A model generated the notes under the pieces. It saw only the letters and a list, made by a program, of their open reading frames with translations, had not been told where the DNA came from and did not search any database. From Pseudovirgaria hyperparasitica (Eukaryota), in NCBI GenBank assembly GCA_010093815.1, contig ML996565.1: 64,000 nt of DNA. The stretch is one strand, 5' to 3'. Every line of letters begins with the position of its first letter. Position 1 is the first letter of the stretch. Made by a program: the position numbers and the translations under genes. Below are positions 11,128-23,813 of the stretch, in pieces.

Positions 11128-12285
11128 GTCATATTAGATTAGAAAATAGATAAGGTACATGCTGTATAGTTGCATGGAGTCTGGTATCCATCACGTTCCT
11201 GGCCCTAGCCTCTATCCTTAGGTCTGTCATGACTCGCCTGAAATCTTGAAAGCGAACACTTTTTGTTTGATCAGACCCTGTGCTAATACCTATTGTAGCC
11301 TAGCCTCTCATCCATACACACTAGACCTGGATTAGGCACCTCCGGAGATACGTGTGTCACCATGAGCGAATTGGAAGGTTGAGCCTCCCGACCTTTGTTC
11401 ACCATGTGTATGAGAGAGTTCGACACCGTCTTGATGGGTTTATCTGCAGAGATTTTTACTAGGTAGAGTTGATACGATGCTAGTTTTCCGAAAATTTCCG
11501 AAGACCTATTTATGGACCGTGGCCCGTTCCAACTGCAGACTTTATTCTAGCGCTTTTATTCATTCGGGCCGACTATCTCTTCTTCTTCCCATCCTTTTGG
11601 GCGGTACGTTCTTAATACGCTTTCATGTTCCATTTGGTATTTGTAGTCAAAATTTGGGTTACCTTACTGGAATCCAAACTTGCCACAGGCGAAGCCATTC
11701 CAATTCATGGTAGGATTTTGAAGGATTTATGTGCACTTCCTATTCAAATGATGGGATACTTGTACGTAAATACCGCAGCGAGTGCTCCCTGGAGATTTTC
11801 TGGAAGTCTCTCGTCATTCATGCGGCTCTTCGGCTCCTATGACTCGGTAGCCAATCCAGAAGAGCTTCTCGACCTCGTGTGTGCAAATTGACATGGGAAG
11901 AAGGGAAAGCATGACTCGATGTGGATCGTAAGATCCCTGAAAGACTGGCATGTCACCTGCCCCATCGTCCAGATCTCACCCACGTTGAATCGTCAACCAG
12001 TCCTTCTGCCTCGTGTGCGTGTGTAACCTACGTGCCGCAAAATGAATTTCAAGTCACAAGTCTTCCATGTGGTCAACGGAACGATTGTGATAAGTGCGAT
12101 CTGTCCGAGATCTTCAGCACAGACTTTACGCGAGAGTGCTATGTACATAAGTGAAACAGATGGCCAAATTTTTGTCGGTCATCTTAAGACAGTCACATCA
12201 TATACATTCCTCGGACTGAGCCTTTGTAGCATCACTGAGCTGATTCCGCGTTTGACCTGTCAATACTCTTGAGCAATTCTTCATT

Positions 12286-13427
12286 ATGGCCTTCCTCGCT
12301 GGGTTGGCGCCCTTCGCTGGAATGGCACCGGCGAGTATAGCATCCCTCGGATACAGTCTTACCTCCAGCAGTGTTAGTCTGACCTCCAGCTCGTTGAGCT
12401 TGGTGAACTTCCACCGCAGTAAGCTCGCCCGTGAGGGTCCACACGGCCCTGTTATCCGGATAAAAGTGGGAGGGGAACCAAGAGAAGGCGAAGCATTCGG
12501 TGGGCGTATAGATGGTGTTTGGACATACAACGCACTTGACGAGCGGCGAGGCACGGCAAAAGGATCGAATATAGGTGCTGCAGACTACCATGACTTCTCA
12601 ATCGAGTCACCCGTCTGGGGTGAGCTCGCTAATTATGTTAATGTCAAGGCTGGGAATGACGCTGTTTGCATTGCGTGGATTGGAGTCACGCAAAAAGATG
12701 GCTCTGATTCAGATGGAGCGTGGAATGGCGACATAGGTATGTATGTTTTCGTTGTGCAGTAGGAGCCAGTGTTTGACATGGCTCAATAGGCGCTGCATGC
12801 GGCCAGTCGTGGTTTCACCAATACGAAGTTGCAGGACGCTGCGATGACTGTAAAGACGGCCTTTTTATACCTCGCTGCACCTGGCTCGACGGTGATCATA
12901 CGAACGATATTGTCAGCAAATCTATGAAATTCAACGTCTTGGCTTACAGCAACTCCTCCGTGCCGAAGACTAAGCTGGACGGTATTGTCTGCGACGCAGC
13001 GATATATGGAAATCATGATGAGATACCCGGTCGCCCTGCTGGACCCTCTGGTGGCAACATAGAAACGAAACGTGATGGTGTGGCAATCGCGAAGAGCCTC
13101 AAGCCTCGAGGCGTGCCTCCGCGGAAGCGCTGGATGAAGGACCGGTTAGTCGTTTCGCATGTGCCAGGGCATGATGCATCTGAACTCTGCAATTCCAAAA
13201 CAAGTTGGGGACCGGACTTTGTGGCAAATGGTTTCTTCTGTGATATGGAGACAAAAACGCTGCATCCACTGTGCGAAAACAACCCTATCGAGGGCTGTCA
13301 CGAACTTGATACGAGCACTAAAACTATACAACGGCGTGCTACTGTCGCTAAGCGTGAGGCGATTATCCCTCACAAGAGCTACAGCAATGTTAAAAAATGG
13401 ACTGCTGGACAGTCAGAGGATCTTTGA
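12286..13427 (+). CDS. Uncharacterised Cys-rich protein, possibly secreted (exons 12286-12736, 12790-13427; ~362 aa)
   Basis: Intron 12737-12789 (GTATGT..TTTGAC..TAG) joins WNGDIG to AACGQSWF..PRCTWLDGD in frame with the 12924-13427 ORF. 10 Cys, hydrophobic N-terminus, dibasic KR sites. Confidence 0.75.
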
Positions 13428-14205
13428 ACTATAGAAAGCGGTGAATAGACGATGATACCCTTTTCCTTTTAATGTTGGCGGTTTATATTTGGTTCGTCTT
13501 AACTCAGCGATTGTACATATCTTAGCGCAGTGACCGAATAGTCCTTATCGGGAGCATAGTTATAATTAGACAACAGATCCTAAAATGGATACTATGTTAC
13601 GTGTACGATACCTCGACAAGCATTTAAAAGAGAGTGGGTAAATAAAGATATCTAACAAAGGTATATCTAGTGTGCCTTGATGCGTTGGGTCTGAAGAGTA
13701 TAGAAATGCAAGACTATCAGCGATATACGCACCCTATTCAAGATGCTCTACCCAAATCCTAGTCTAAACAATGACTTAGAGTCAATGCCTCAATCACAGA
13801 CTGGACTAGTAGTATTCGCTAGCTTTCTGGTTTTCTGTTCCGAGCCTGTATTGGTGGAGCTGAGTTACAAGTGTAAACTTATGCATTAGACTCCCAATCG
13901 ACACTTTCCGTATCCTTGTAAGCCTGACAAGGTCAATATTGAAAGACGACATAACGCTTCGTTGATCCTCCCCTCAATGACAGATCCGTTAGCAGGGCTT
14001 AGTTTCACAGACATTCATTGAGGGAGAAATTTGATTCACAGATCATAACCTCAAATCTAGTTTCTATTCGTAGGTACGTAGTCTATCATAAATAACCTGG
14101 GATGAGCAGATGGCTGTTGTCAATGAGCTCAGAGGCATATAGCTGCGGAGGTAGGTACATGAATTTAAGGCGGGTAAAATCTGTACCAAGATCTAATTAC
14201 TAGGC

Positions 14206-14828
14206 CTTATCTACACCACATATTCTGGTGCCGCTCCGTGAGCCCAATAAGCTTCACTAGAATTGCATTGGAAGGTAGACGGAATACTGCCTCTTCCGGT
14301 GATTTCCACGGAGATGTCTGTGCCCGAGATGATTACGACGATAAAGATCCATTGTGCTGCCCCGCAAATGAGACACCGCGAATACTAATGAGAAAGCAGA
14401 TAACAGTGGGGAGCCCAACTCGATTGGCCCAACCTTGGAGTGGAAAGTAACACCGAGGGCGTAAATTAAGCTTATCTTGGAGTGGTCTTGTTTGGTCTTG
14501 GAAGTAGACTAAAGAAGCTTGAAAAGAGACCTCGGCAGGTAATATTCTCCTCCTGCCCGGTGGAGTTTGGCTTCCGCCCTTGAACAACAAGCCACGGCGA
14601 GCTTGTTCATGCTTATCTTCGCTCTAGTGTTGTTTTTCACTTCACTAGACACACTCATTTTGGTACGATCTACATGCTACTTATAGTTCCCCGCATTATG
14701 GCTGCCCTTGCAAGAAACTAACCATCGAAACTGCCGTGACTAGTATACAAAAGTATCCTTAGCTCGAAAGCATAGCGATACCATCCATGATGATCGTCTG
14801 CCTCGGGTCAGACTTAATGCTATATAAA
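14206..14828 (+). promoter_or_regulatory. Protease promoter with a GATAA cluster and TATA box
   Basis: GATAA/TTATC at 14206, 14340, 14399, 14471 and 14612; TATATAAA at 14821-14828, about 70 nt upstream of the ATG. Confidence 0.45.
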
Positions 14829-14897
14829 TAATGGCGTGCTTGTTCAGTCCGTGGGTCCAAACAACGTACAGGTGCTGCTTTCCTAAAGATTTACACA

Positions 14898-17009
14898 ATG
14901 CGATTCAAGCAGTTGGCTCTATTGAGTGCCCTTGTGGGGTCTGCCCTTACTCTCACAACACCTTCTCAGTATGAAGTACACGAGAAACGTAACGGTCCTT
15001 TGAGAAGATGGGTCAAGCTTTCGGAGGTTGACAGTACTGCCACGCTGCCAATGCGTATCGGCCTTACCCAAAGAAACATTCTCAACGGAGAGGGTGATAG
15101 ACTTCTCCATGAGATGTAATTGCATTTCTACTTCTATCAATCATAATCCCACGCTGACATAGTAATCAGCTCTCATCCTGATTCTGAGCGCTACGGTCAG
15201 ATCTACTCTGCAGACGAGGTCATCGAGATCTTCGCTCCATCTCAAGACACTGTGGATGCTGTGCGTGAATGGCTGGTCGAGGCTGGTATCGCCAAGAATC
15301 GCATCTCCCAATCTATCAACAAGCAGTGGATGCAGATGGATCTCGATGTCAAAGAGGCTGAGAAACTTCTGAAGACAAAGTACTACAACTATGAACACAA
15401 GAAGACTGGTGCTAAGACCGTTGCTTGTGACGAGTACCATCTTCCATCTCACATCCGTGAGCATGTCGACTACGTCACTCTCGGTCTCAAGCTCCTTGCT
15501 GGTGGTAAAGCCTCCAGTGGTCGGGACTTGAATGCCCGCAAGCGTGACGTGGAGAAGCGTGGGTTCCGCACAAACGGACAGTCTAAATTCGGTACGCCCG
15601 TCATTGGCGAAGTCCTGAAGGAGTCGCTCAGCAGCCTGAACAGCAGCAACCCACTTTCAATGTGTGACTCTATGGTCACCCCTGAGTGTATTGCAACTAT
15701 GTACAACATCACCAAGGCTACAAAGGCTGCCAAGGGTAACGAGCTCGGTATCTTCGAGGAAGGTGACTACTATTCCGAAACCGACCTCGTCGAATTCTTC
15801 GCTACGTTCGCACCAAATATCCCTCTTCTCACGCAGCCAATCCTGCGAGGCATTGACGGTGGTTTCGCTCCTATGGCTGTTGCAGGTGGCGAGTCCAATT
15901 TGGACTTCCAGATATCTTATCCTATCATCTATCCCCAGAACAGTGTACTCTTCCAAACCGACGACATATTCTACGCCTCGGGCCTGGAAGGTGGAGGTGG
16001 CTTCCTGAATACGTTCTTAGACGCTATTGATGGATCTTACTGCAACTACACCGCCTTTGGACTGACCGGCAATTCCAACATTGACCCCGTGTATCCAAAC
16101 CCCAATCCCCTCGGCTACCAAGGCAAGCTCCAGTGCGGTGTCTACAAGCCAACCCATGTCATCTCCATCTCCTATGGCGAGCAAGAGGATGATCTACCAA
16201 CCAACTACCAACAGCGTCAGTGCAGTGAGTTCATGAAACTCGGTATGCAAGGAGTAACTACAGTCATCGCTTCCGGTGATTCTGGAGTTGCGGCTCGATC
16301 AACTGATGACGGTAATGATGATGGCTGTCTCGGGAACGGAGAGGTATTCAATCCGGATTTCCCTGCCAGGTGAGTTTCGATACTAGACCAATCGACTATG
16401 TAGCTAACAATGTAAAGTTGCCCGTACATCACAGCGGCCGGGTCTACTTATCTTCCAGCTGGTGCTGACGTGAAGAAGGACGAGGAGATTTCCACCACCC
16501 GCTTCCCATCCGGCGGTGGCTTTTCAAACATCTACCCTCAGCCCGCATACCAAAAGGATGCTGTCAACACGTACTTGACCCAGCATACGCCTCCCTACAA
16601 GACCTACAGCACCTCTGGCACCAACAACCCGCCAGAGACCGTTACTAACGGTGGCATCTACAACGTGGCTGGCCGTGGCTACCCAGATATCAGCGCCGTT
16701 GGTGACAATGTAGTTATCATACTCAATGGTCTTCCCACTCTGATTGGCGGTACTTCCGCCTCAGCTCCTGTCTTCGCGGCCGTCGTCAACCGCATCAATG
16801 AGGAACGTATTGCTGTTGGCAAGAATACTGTGGGGTTCATCAATCCCGCTCTGTATGCGCACCCTGAGGTGCTGCACGATATAACAAACGGCACCAACCC
16901 TGGATGTAACACGCAGGGATTCAGTGCGAGCAAGGGCTGGGACCCAGTCAGTGGACTTGGGACTCCCAATTACCCCGCCATGTTGAAGTACTTTATGAGT
17001 CTCAAGTAG
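14898..17009 (+). CDS. Secreted sedolisin-family (S53) serine protease, tripeptidyl-peptidase/aorsin-like (exons 14898-15115, 15170-16369, 16418-17009)
   Basis: Signal peptide MRFKQLALLSALVGSALT, pro-domain (ISHPDSERYGQ; YHLPSHIREHVDYV), catalytic ESNLD, ASGDSG, GGTSASAP, and Ca-binding GWDPVSGLGTP. Introns 15116-15169 and 16370-16417 restore the frame. Confidence 0.95.
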
Positions 17010-18206
17010 ATCGTGATGTCGATTAATGATATGATGGTCGTCATGATCACCGCAGTTAGAGCTAACGGGGGTTTTGCATATATAAGCTGAATGCTTGACA
17101 TGAGTATATGAATCAATCATGACAATAAATTTTGAGTACAATGACTTCAACACCATGATGACATATTTCAATATTTGCTTGAACTTGGTAGCTCCTAATT
17201 TCAGCTCTAGCCGTGTCAGTATGGATAAGAACCAGTAGTGAGAGGGACATATTGAGATCTAGAACAAAATAACCAGAAGAAGTGTCGTTAGATATATTGA
17301 AATCCAAGTATATAGCTCCTTAGTACCAGAAGATGCTACGACATTGGAAGTAGAAGCCGCCTCCCAACACAGGAGTAATCCGATCATACTATGATAAGAG
17401 ACATCTTCTTCAGTCTACCTCACGAATGGATGAACTAGATGTCCTAATGGCTATAAGATATACATATCTATAGCTTCTCTAGGTGTTGACTATTATTAGA
17501 TAGACATAAGGCTGGTATCTCGGTGCCATGAAGAAATTCTTTCAGGCTTCTATTACCTATATACTTGTTATATCTATGGCACTTATTGTGTTCTAGTACT
17601 GCTAAACAGATACAATTATTGTAGTGTACTACTAGGTTAAGAGCTTCTATTTTCTATATTGGCTACAAGGAAATAAATGACTAAAGAGGATGTAGACGTT
17701 TGTAGGGTCTCATTTCAGAGACACGACCATCTACCTAAATATCTTGATTCTAGAAGCTCGTTCGAACTTATTGCTTTTCTAATTATAAAATAGAGAGGGA
17801 CTTTGAAAAACCATTTAATTGCTATAGAGGTTCAGCTATCTTCAATACTCTTATACATGTTCTACTGTTCCTAAAGTGGAATAACATATAGTGTCTATGG
17901 CAATGTTATTGGTGCTAACACCCCCTTGAATGTTCTATCACCGGGCTTCTGTGTGCCGTCAATTGCGATAGTTCTTTGTTAATATGCAGATAAAACCACG
18001 AAAAAGGAGTCATGTGTCGCAAGTAACATGTCTATCATGGACAATGATATCTTTGCTATATAACACACAGCTGCTCTTGCGCAGGAAACATCTATCCGAA
18101 AATTTTCCTGTTACCTTCAACAGCAGAAGGCCTCAGCCTCATCCAACGTCTCTTTTGACACTCATCACAATCCAACCTCTGACCCCTCAATCCCCATTGA
18201 ACTTCC

Positions 18207-19697
18207 TCACCTCCCGTCCATCAACCCACGCCCCAACCACACCCCCCTATTCCTCACCACTACCCAATGAGCCTCTTCCTCCTCGTTATCTTTCTCCCCA
18301 GCTTTATTCTTTCTGTCTAACACACAGCCCCGGAACCAGAATAGCACGTCCTTCCACTGTTGCAGTAGCGCCTCTACTGGACCCTCATCCTCGTCCTCGC
18401 ACATCTGTTCGTACAGCAGTGAGCGCAGGAGGCACAGGATCGTCAATGAGGCGAGTGGTGGTGAGGCGAAGCCGCGCATGGAGACCTATGCAGAGAGTGC
18501 CCATGGGAGGTTGGCCGATTTGGAGAGATGGAGGGCGGAGATTGGGATGGCGAGGGCGGTTGCGAGGGCTTCTGCAGAGGAGAGGAAGCTTAGCGGTCTA
18601 TTACGTTTGAGGAGAGAAGAGAATGCGGAGGAGGCTCTGCTGGGTATATGAAACGAGGATGTTGCGGAAGGCGATAAGGGTGCTATAATCTATAGAGGAC
18701 GTCATGATAGGGGGTAAGGAGGGGGATGAGATAGTGTGTATACAATGATACAGGAGATTTCAGGAAGGTCAAAGACTTACTGATGAGCGCGGTGGCCTCC
18801 AGCCAGATCATCTGATGGATCGACTCGAACGGATAGCCCAGATTTGCGAAGGTGCGGCAGAGCAGAGGGAGCTCGTCGTTGGCGTTCATCTCGGCGTACA
18901 CGCGCTCTGAAGGTGCACTACCAGGGAATATGGTGATTGGCTTATCAGTAACTCCTGAAAACACTTCGGAAAGCAGGTGAGCAGATGTATCCGGACCGGC
19001 AAACATCTTGACTGTATGTCGGTCCTTGAGGGACAGCTCGAAGATCATTGCACTAATGTGCGGCCTCGCGAGCTCCACGAAGATAGGAGAGGTATCATCG
19101 AGGCCGACGACATGCTCGGCGTTGTAAAGAATGCGAGTACGACTTATGAGTATAACTTGAGGGTCGGGAGTGTCGTTTGCAGACAACGCTTTGTCCTTCA
19201 AGTATTTTCGGATCTTGCGGTGTTGGAGGCTCAGAGCTATGATGAGAGCTTTCTTCGTTAGTCGCTCGATGTCAAGGCGATATTGCTGTTCCCAGCCACT
19301 GCCGGTGCTTCTCTGTTGGTATAAATGTTCAAGAACGTCTAAGTGAGTGTAAGCTTGAGATCTTGTGCATGAGACAATCCTATCAACATAGAAACATACC
19401 ATGGCGTGATCTCGCACCCTCACCAGCTAGCCCATCAAGTGGGCCGTAACAGAACTGGAAGAAAACCTCCAATGGGACATCTTCGTGTTTCGAACTGAAC
19501 TGCTCGAGTAGGGTACTTTCGACGACTGCAGCAGTCGAAGGCAGCGATGGGGTAGATGGTGGAGTCGAGTGACTAGTGGTGGCCGGATCATTATTTCCAA
19601 CGCCATTTCCAGAGATTTTCGATAAGCTTGGTGGAATAGGAGGCGCAACACGGATGGACTGTGGTGGCATAGGAAATTGGGACAGGAGCTCATCCAT
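18207..19697 (-). CDS. Hypothetical protein; 3' structure unresolved, possibly decaying
   Basis: Exon 19697-19400 joins via intron 19399-19339 (GTATGT..TAG) in frame to 19338-18781. A second donor GTAAGT at 18780 has no clean in-frame route to the 18207-18479 ORF. No recognisable domain. Confidence 0.4.
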
Positions 19698-21629
19698 CTT
19701 GCAAGTCTTGAGGATAGCTTCTAAAAAGGGTCTAAAGTTTTCAGGGGTATATCAAGCTACGATAAGAGGCTCCAGAGACTCATGTGCGTGGCGAGGTCAA
19801 GAAGTATGTTGTAATATGGGTCAAGGGAAAATCCAGCTTAGGAAATCAAAGGTCAGGTCTTATCAATCGAATTATGTTGTGCGGGAACCCGAGACACAGG
19901 TCCCCTGATGTGTCACTATTGCTTAAAGACACACCATCACTAATTATTAACAATGTTTCAGTTCTGAATAGGGCTAGTTCATTTCTATTCGCAAGTTTTT
20001 ACTCGAAAATGATTGTAAATAGTAGTATCCGATCAGGAAAATCTCTCCTCGTGCTCATAGAAAGCCTACAATAGAGTCACTCCCTTCCCCTCATATCTCG
20101 TCTTCGCCTGCCCCATTGCTCATATACATCCCTCCTAGCCTCAATGCCTTCTTCTGCGAACGCTCTATCCCGTTCAGCGTGCCTCATCGCTCATTTGTCG
20201 ACTTGCTCTGCGTCGTTCCTACAGACGTAGTTGCACTCGTTCTGCGTCAGCAATGCGGTAGGTGACTGTTGTGAGATGTTTGGTGTGGTGTGATATGAGT
20301 CTGCCGACGCTCAGGCACAGTGGAACTGCTGGAAGTGGCGATCAGTAAATTTCTTACTATAATTTGACGTCAGGAGTGATATTTAGACTTTTCCTAACCG
20401 ATGATCCTGTGATGCTGCTGATAGTAGCCCTAAACAAGCCGGTGTCTCTCAGTGAAGTTCTGAATTGTCCTAGGTCTCGTATTTTGGAGAAAGATCTGAT
20501 TTATAGGGGTTGGAATTCGCGTTCGATCGTCGAGATGTATTTGCGTAGGCCGAATATTAAAAGAGAGCTCTCCACATATCAAGATGAATAGAGTGGTATG
20601 AATTCGAAATCTTGAGGCATTACCAAAAGTAAGTTGCTTGGGCCGAAAGAGTAGGAACAACAGACTTCTCGTAAATACGGGGTCCACGTCCGCTTTGCTA
20701 AGCGAACCAGCACTGAAAGCACAAGGTGCGATTTCAGGTACTGTTCGACAAATTGGTAGTGAACAAGACAGCATATGTCTTCTCGAACTGTGCACAGCAT
20801 CTATTGTTACCGCCCTTGCGCCTGGCTCAACAATTCTCCAGTGCCTGTTTCGCACTAGAACTTCGACGACGGTATAACTATTTCCAATCTCAAGATCACA
20901 TAGCCAATCATCTACAGATACATGTTTCCAAGCTAGAATGACCCAAGCCCAACCCTGTGGCCATGCTTCCTCTTGAGGTCGGCGACAACACCATTGGCCC
21001 CACTTCAGGCTCCCTTGCGTGAAGGCAAAACCATTGAAACTCTGGTGTGAACGGCCCATACAGAGCAAGATAGACCGATGACATGTGAGTATAGTCTTTC
21101 ATGCGACAGACTCCTAACACTGTGGAGGGGCGCAAGTCCCATGACGACTCTCTTACTAGGAGATGTTAGCTCTCAAGTACTCACCCAAAATAGCTTAGCT
21201 TCACTATCTTGAATACATAGAATGACAATAGAAGGCGAGATTATAACATTATAGACTCTATAGCTAGTAGGTCTTAAGTGTGGAAGAATCAGTCTATGGC
21301 AGATGCCTCACAGCTGCGAGATATTGACGTGAAGTGACTAGGTCTTCCCAGACGATAGCGGAAAGATTCCCTATAATACAGGCCATAGAGCTTGCCATGT
21401 GTTACAAGACTCGTCTTCGAGGTCTAACGAGGGGCTATACGGGAGTGGAGGATCTAGTATTCGTTGTGAGTGCGGATTGGAATCCCTGACGGTGTGCAAG
21501 GACTAATGAAGGGACAGTAGCGAAATCGAATTGCAATACCGGAAGTCTGTTGTGTTACATTGATTAGAAATTATGAAATCTATGTCTATTATATCATTGC
21601 TGCACTTCTCGCATTACTTTATGCCGGAT

Positions 21630-23813
21630 TTACTCTCTCGGAACCTCATCTTCCGCTATCCTCATTATGTGCTGCCACCGCCTCTCATGGTGCGCAGCTC
21701 TCTCATGTCTAACCAACTGTAGCGGGTATCGAAACCCTGCCTGGCTTGGACAGCTTGGCTCTGAACATTTATACACTCTCAACTCGTCTCCAATCTCCTC
21801 CTGGCTCGTAGATCTCGAATGCCTACGCCGACGAGGCCCATATGTAGGAGGTGGTACAGCCAGTGTTGCGAAAGTGGGCTCAGGGGTTTGTGACTGCTGG
21901 CGGCGCACGAGCTGAAGTTCAGCTTCAAGGGCGAAGACGCGTTGTTCAAGACGAGCGTAGTCGCGTGACTGAAGCCCTTGCGGTGGGATAACGACAGGCG
22001 AGACATGAGCAAGAGGGCGCTTGTTCTGGCCAGACGGATCGTCGGACGTAAAAGTTATGAAGGGGGTTGGAGATGTTGTGGCCCATTGTTGCGGATATGA
22101 GCTGGGTGACTGCATGCCGTCGCTGAAGGCTGAAGGTTCACGGAGGGGAGTCTGGAGACCTGGTGGAGGTAAGGTTATGGGATCGGTCGGAGTAATTATA
22201 GTATCTGGGTAGGCGTCGACGGGAGAAGGAGATGTAGGGTTGATCATATCCGGTATATGGAGGAAGAGATCAGGGCGTGCAGTTTTGGAAGAGAAACCGG
22301 ACGGTACTGAAGCAGGATATGGGTACTTGAATGTTTCATCGACAAAGGAGGTTGTACAGGCGTGTTGGGACTCGGGATTGTTGAAGCGATCGACGTCCCA
22401 GTCTTTAATGTGGCAGTTCTGATCGCGAAAATGCTTGCTGATATGTAGGGCACGTGCATTCCATCCATATAACAACTCACCACAGAATCCACAAGTCCAA
22501 TGGGTCTCCGATGGGTCAGCGTCTATTTTCCAGCACTCCATACTCTTATCGAATCGGGAGTGATGGAAGTTCTTCAAGTGCTGCTTCAGATGGTCTTTCC
22601 GTGCAAAAGTCCTCTCGCAATTTTTCCGTTTCTGACATTCCGATATACGACTGCATGCAAATGCATGAGTGTCTTGAGGTTCAGTCAGACCACAAAACGC
22701 ACAAATTGCTGACCCTGTCAAACTACTTTGCACCCGGAATCCCTGTAGCATGCAGGTCCAGCGATGTCGCGGGGCGTGCTTAGTCTCTTCGTGTCGTTTC
22801 CAAGTCTTGCTTGTGAGTCGTACATGGCAGCCAGCGAATGTACACCAAAATACTGCTTCTGCATTTTCAACTGACATCGAAGGCGCAGATGTTGGTGGAG
22901 GCTTGTTTCTTTTGGATTCACTTCCGGTTATTGTAGGTGGACTCCAGATTGGTCGCTTCCGACCTTGCTTGCGGATGTTATAGAATGTATTCTGCGGTGT
23001 GTGGGAAGATGAGGAAGGGTCAAGATATGATGATACGTCCCCTGCAGATAGACAAGAATCGGATCGCCCCATTTGGAAGCAATGACTGTAGTATTCAGGA
23101 CTTTGACTAGCATTTCGTATTGTCGACTCCTCCACTGCTTCATTCTCCATCGGAGACGACAGATATGCTTCTAAGGGGCTCTTTTCCAAGTGCTGTTGAC
23201 CTTGCGGTAAAAGTAATCGATGTGGCTCAGTGTGACGAGCTCTCCTGTTCGTGAACCATCGATTGACTTGGTCCACACTGAGAGAAGTTGACTTGGCTAA
23301 ACGAAGTCTGTCCTGAGCAGTAGGGTACGGGCATTCTCTGTGGGCCTTTAGCCAATCTTGTAGAGCAGCTGTTTGGGCTGGCAAGAAAGAAGATCGACGC
23401 TTTTTCGATGGAACCGTGCGTTCATGCCGCAAGCTGATTGAAGGGCTCGTGAGTCTCAGGGGGCTGTGATTATTATGTCTCCGGGATCTCTTCACCGATT
23501 TGACTTTGGTGTGCTTCGGTGCAGGTTCTGCACCGCCTTCGAGACCAGGCATTGAAGCAACAGTGGATGTAACAATGCCTTCTGAAACATTTGTACACCA
23601 GTTGGCAGAGCTCTGAGCAGCGTTCAAATTCTCTTCAATGGCAGGCGGCGATGTTGTATGCCAATCCAGAATGTGCCTGACCTCACCCTGAACATTTGAA
23701 TCACTGGTGTGATAGCTTCCACCGACAATGTATTCGTTCAGCCACATAGCATCGTCCAGAACCGGCGTCATGGTATGCTCTACATTCGAAAGGAGTGGTT
23801 CTTGTTGACTCAT
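21630..23813 (-). CDS. TALE/KN-type homeobox plus C2H2 zinc-finger transcription factor
   Basis: Homeodomain LQDWLKAHRECPYPT..RLRLAKSTSLSVDQVNRWFTNRRAR with the PYP loop. Several C2H2-like fingers (CTFAGC..WKRHEETKH; FARKDHLKQHLKNFH; CGFCG..HISKHF; CSEPSC..RHERAAH). First ATG at 23813. Confidence 0.88.
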   Translation of the reverse strand: MSQQEPLLSNVEHTMTPVLDDAMWLNEYIVGGSYHTSDSNVQGEVRHILDWHTTSPPAIEENLNAAQSSANWCTNVSEGIVTSTVASMPGLEGGAEPAPKHTKVKSVKRSRRHNNHSPLRLTSPSISLRHERTVPSKKRRSSFLPAQTAALQDWLKAHRECPYPTAQDRLRLAKSTSLSVDQVNRWFTNRRARHTEPHRLLLPQGQQHLEKSPLEAYLSSPMENEAVEESTIRNASQSPEYYSHCFQMGRSDSCLSAGDVSSYLDPSSSSHTPQNTFYNIRKQGRKRPIWSPPTITGSESKRNKPPPTSAPSMSVENAEAVFWCTFAGCHVRLTSKTWKRHEETKHAPRHRWTCMLQGFRVQSSLTGSAICAFCGLTEPQDTHAFACSRISECQKRKNCERTFARKDHLKQHLKNFHHSRFDKSMECWKIDADPSETHWTCGFCGELLYGWNARALHISKHFRDQNCHIKDWDVDRFNNPESQHACTTSFVDETFKYPYPASVPSGFSSKTARPDLFLHIPDMINPTSPSPVDAYPDTIITPTDPITLPPPGLQTPLREPSAFSDGMQSPSSYPQQWATTSPTPFITFTSDDPSGQNKRPLAHVSPVVIPPQGLQSRDYARLEQRVFALEAELQLVRRQQSQTPEPTFATLAVPPPTYGPRRRRHSRSTSQEEIGDELRVYKCSEPSCPSQAGFRYPLQLVRHERAAHHERRWQHIMRIAEDEVPRE

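Noticed and set aside
13971..14024. 10-bp inverted repeat CCCTCAATGA/TCATTGAGGG
   Set aside because: Isolated, with no TSD or second copy; plausible by chance.
17200..17950. AT/TpA-rich patch, possible second RIP relic
   Set aside because: No transposon motif, termini or TSD identified.
17984..18610. 208-aa plus-strand ORF
   Set aside because: Low-complexity and antisense to the 3' part of the minus-strand hypothetical gene.
20430..21068. 212-aa minus-strand ORF
   Set aside because: Non-ATG start, atypical composition, no domain or splice support.
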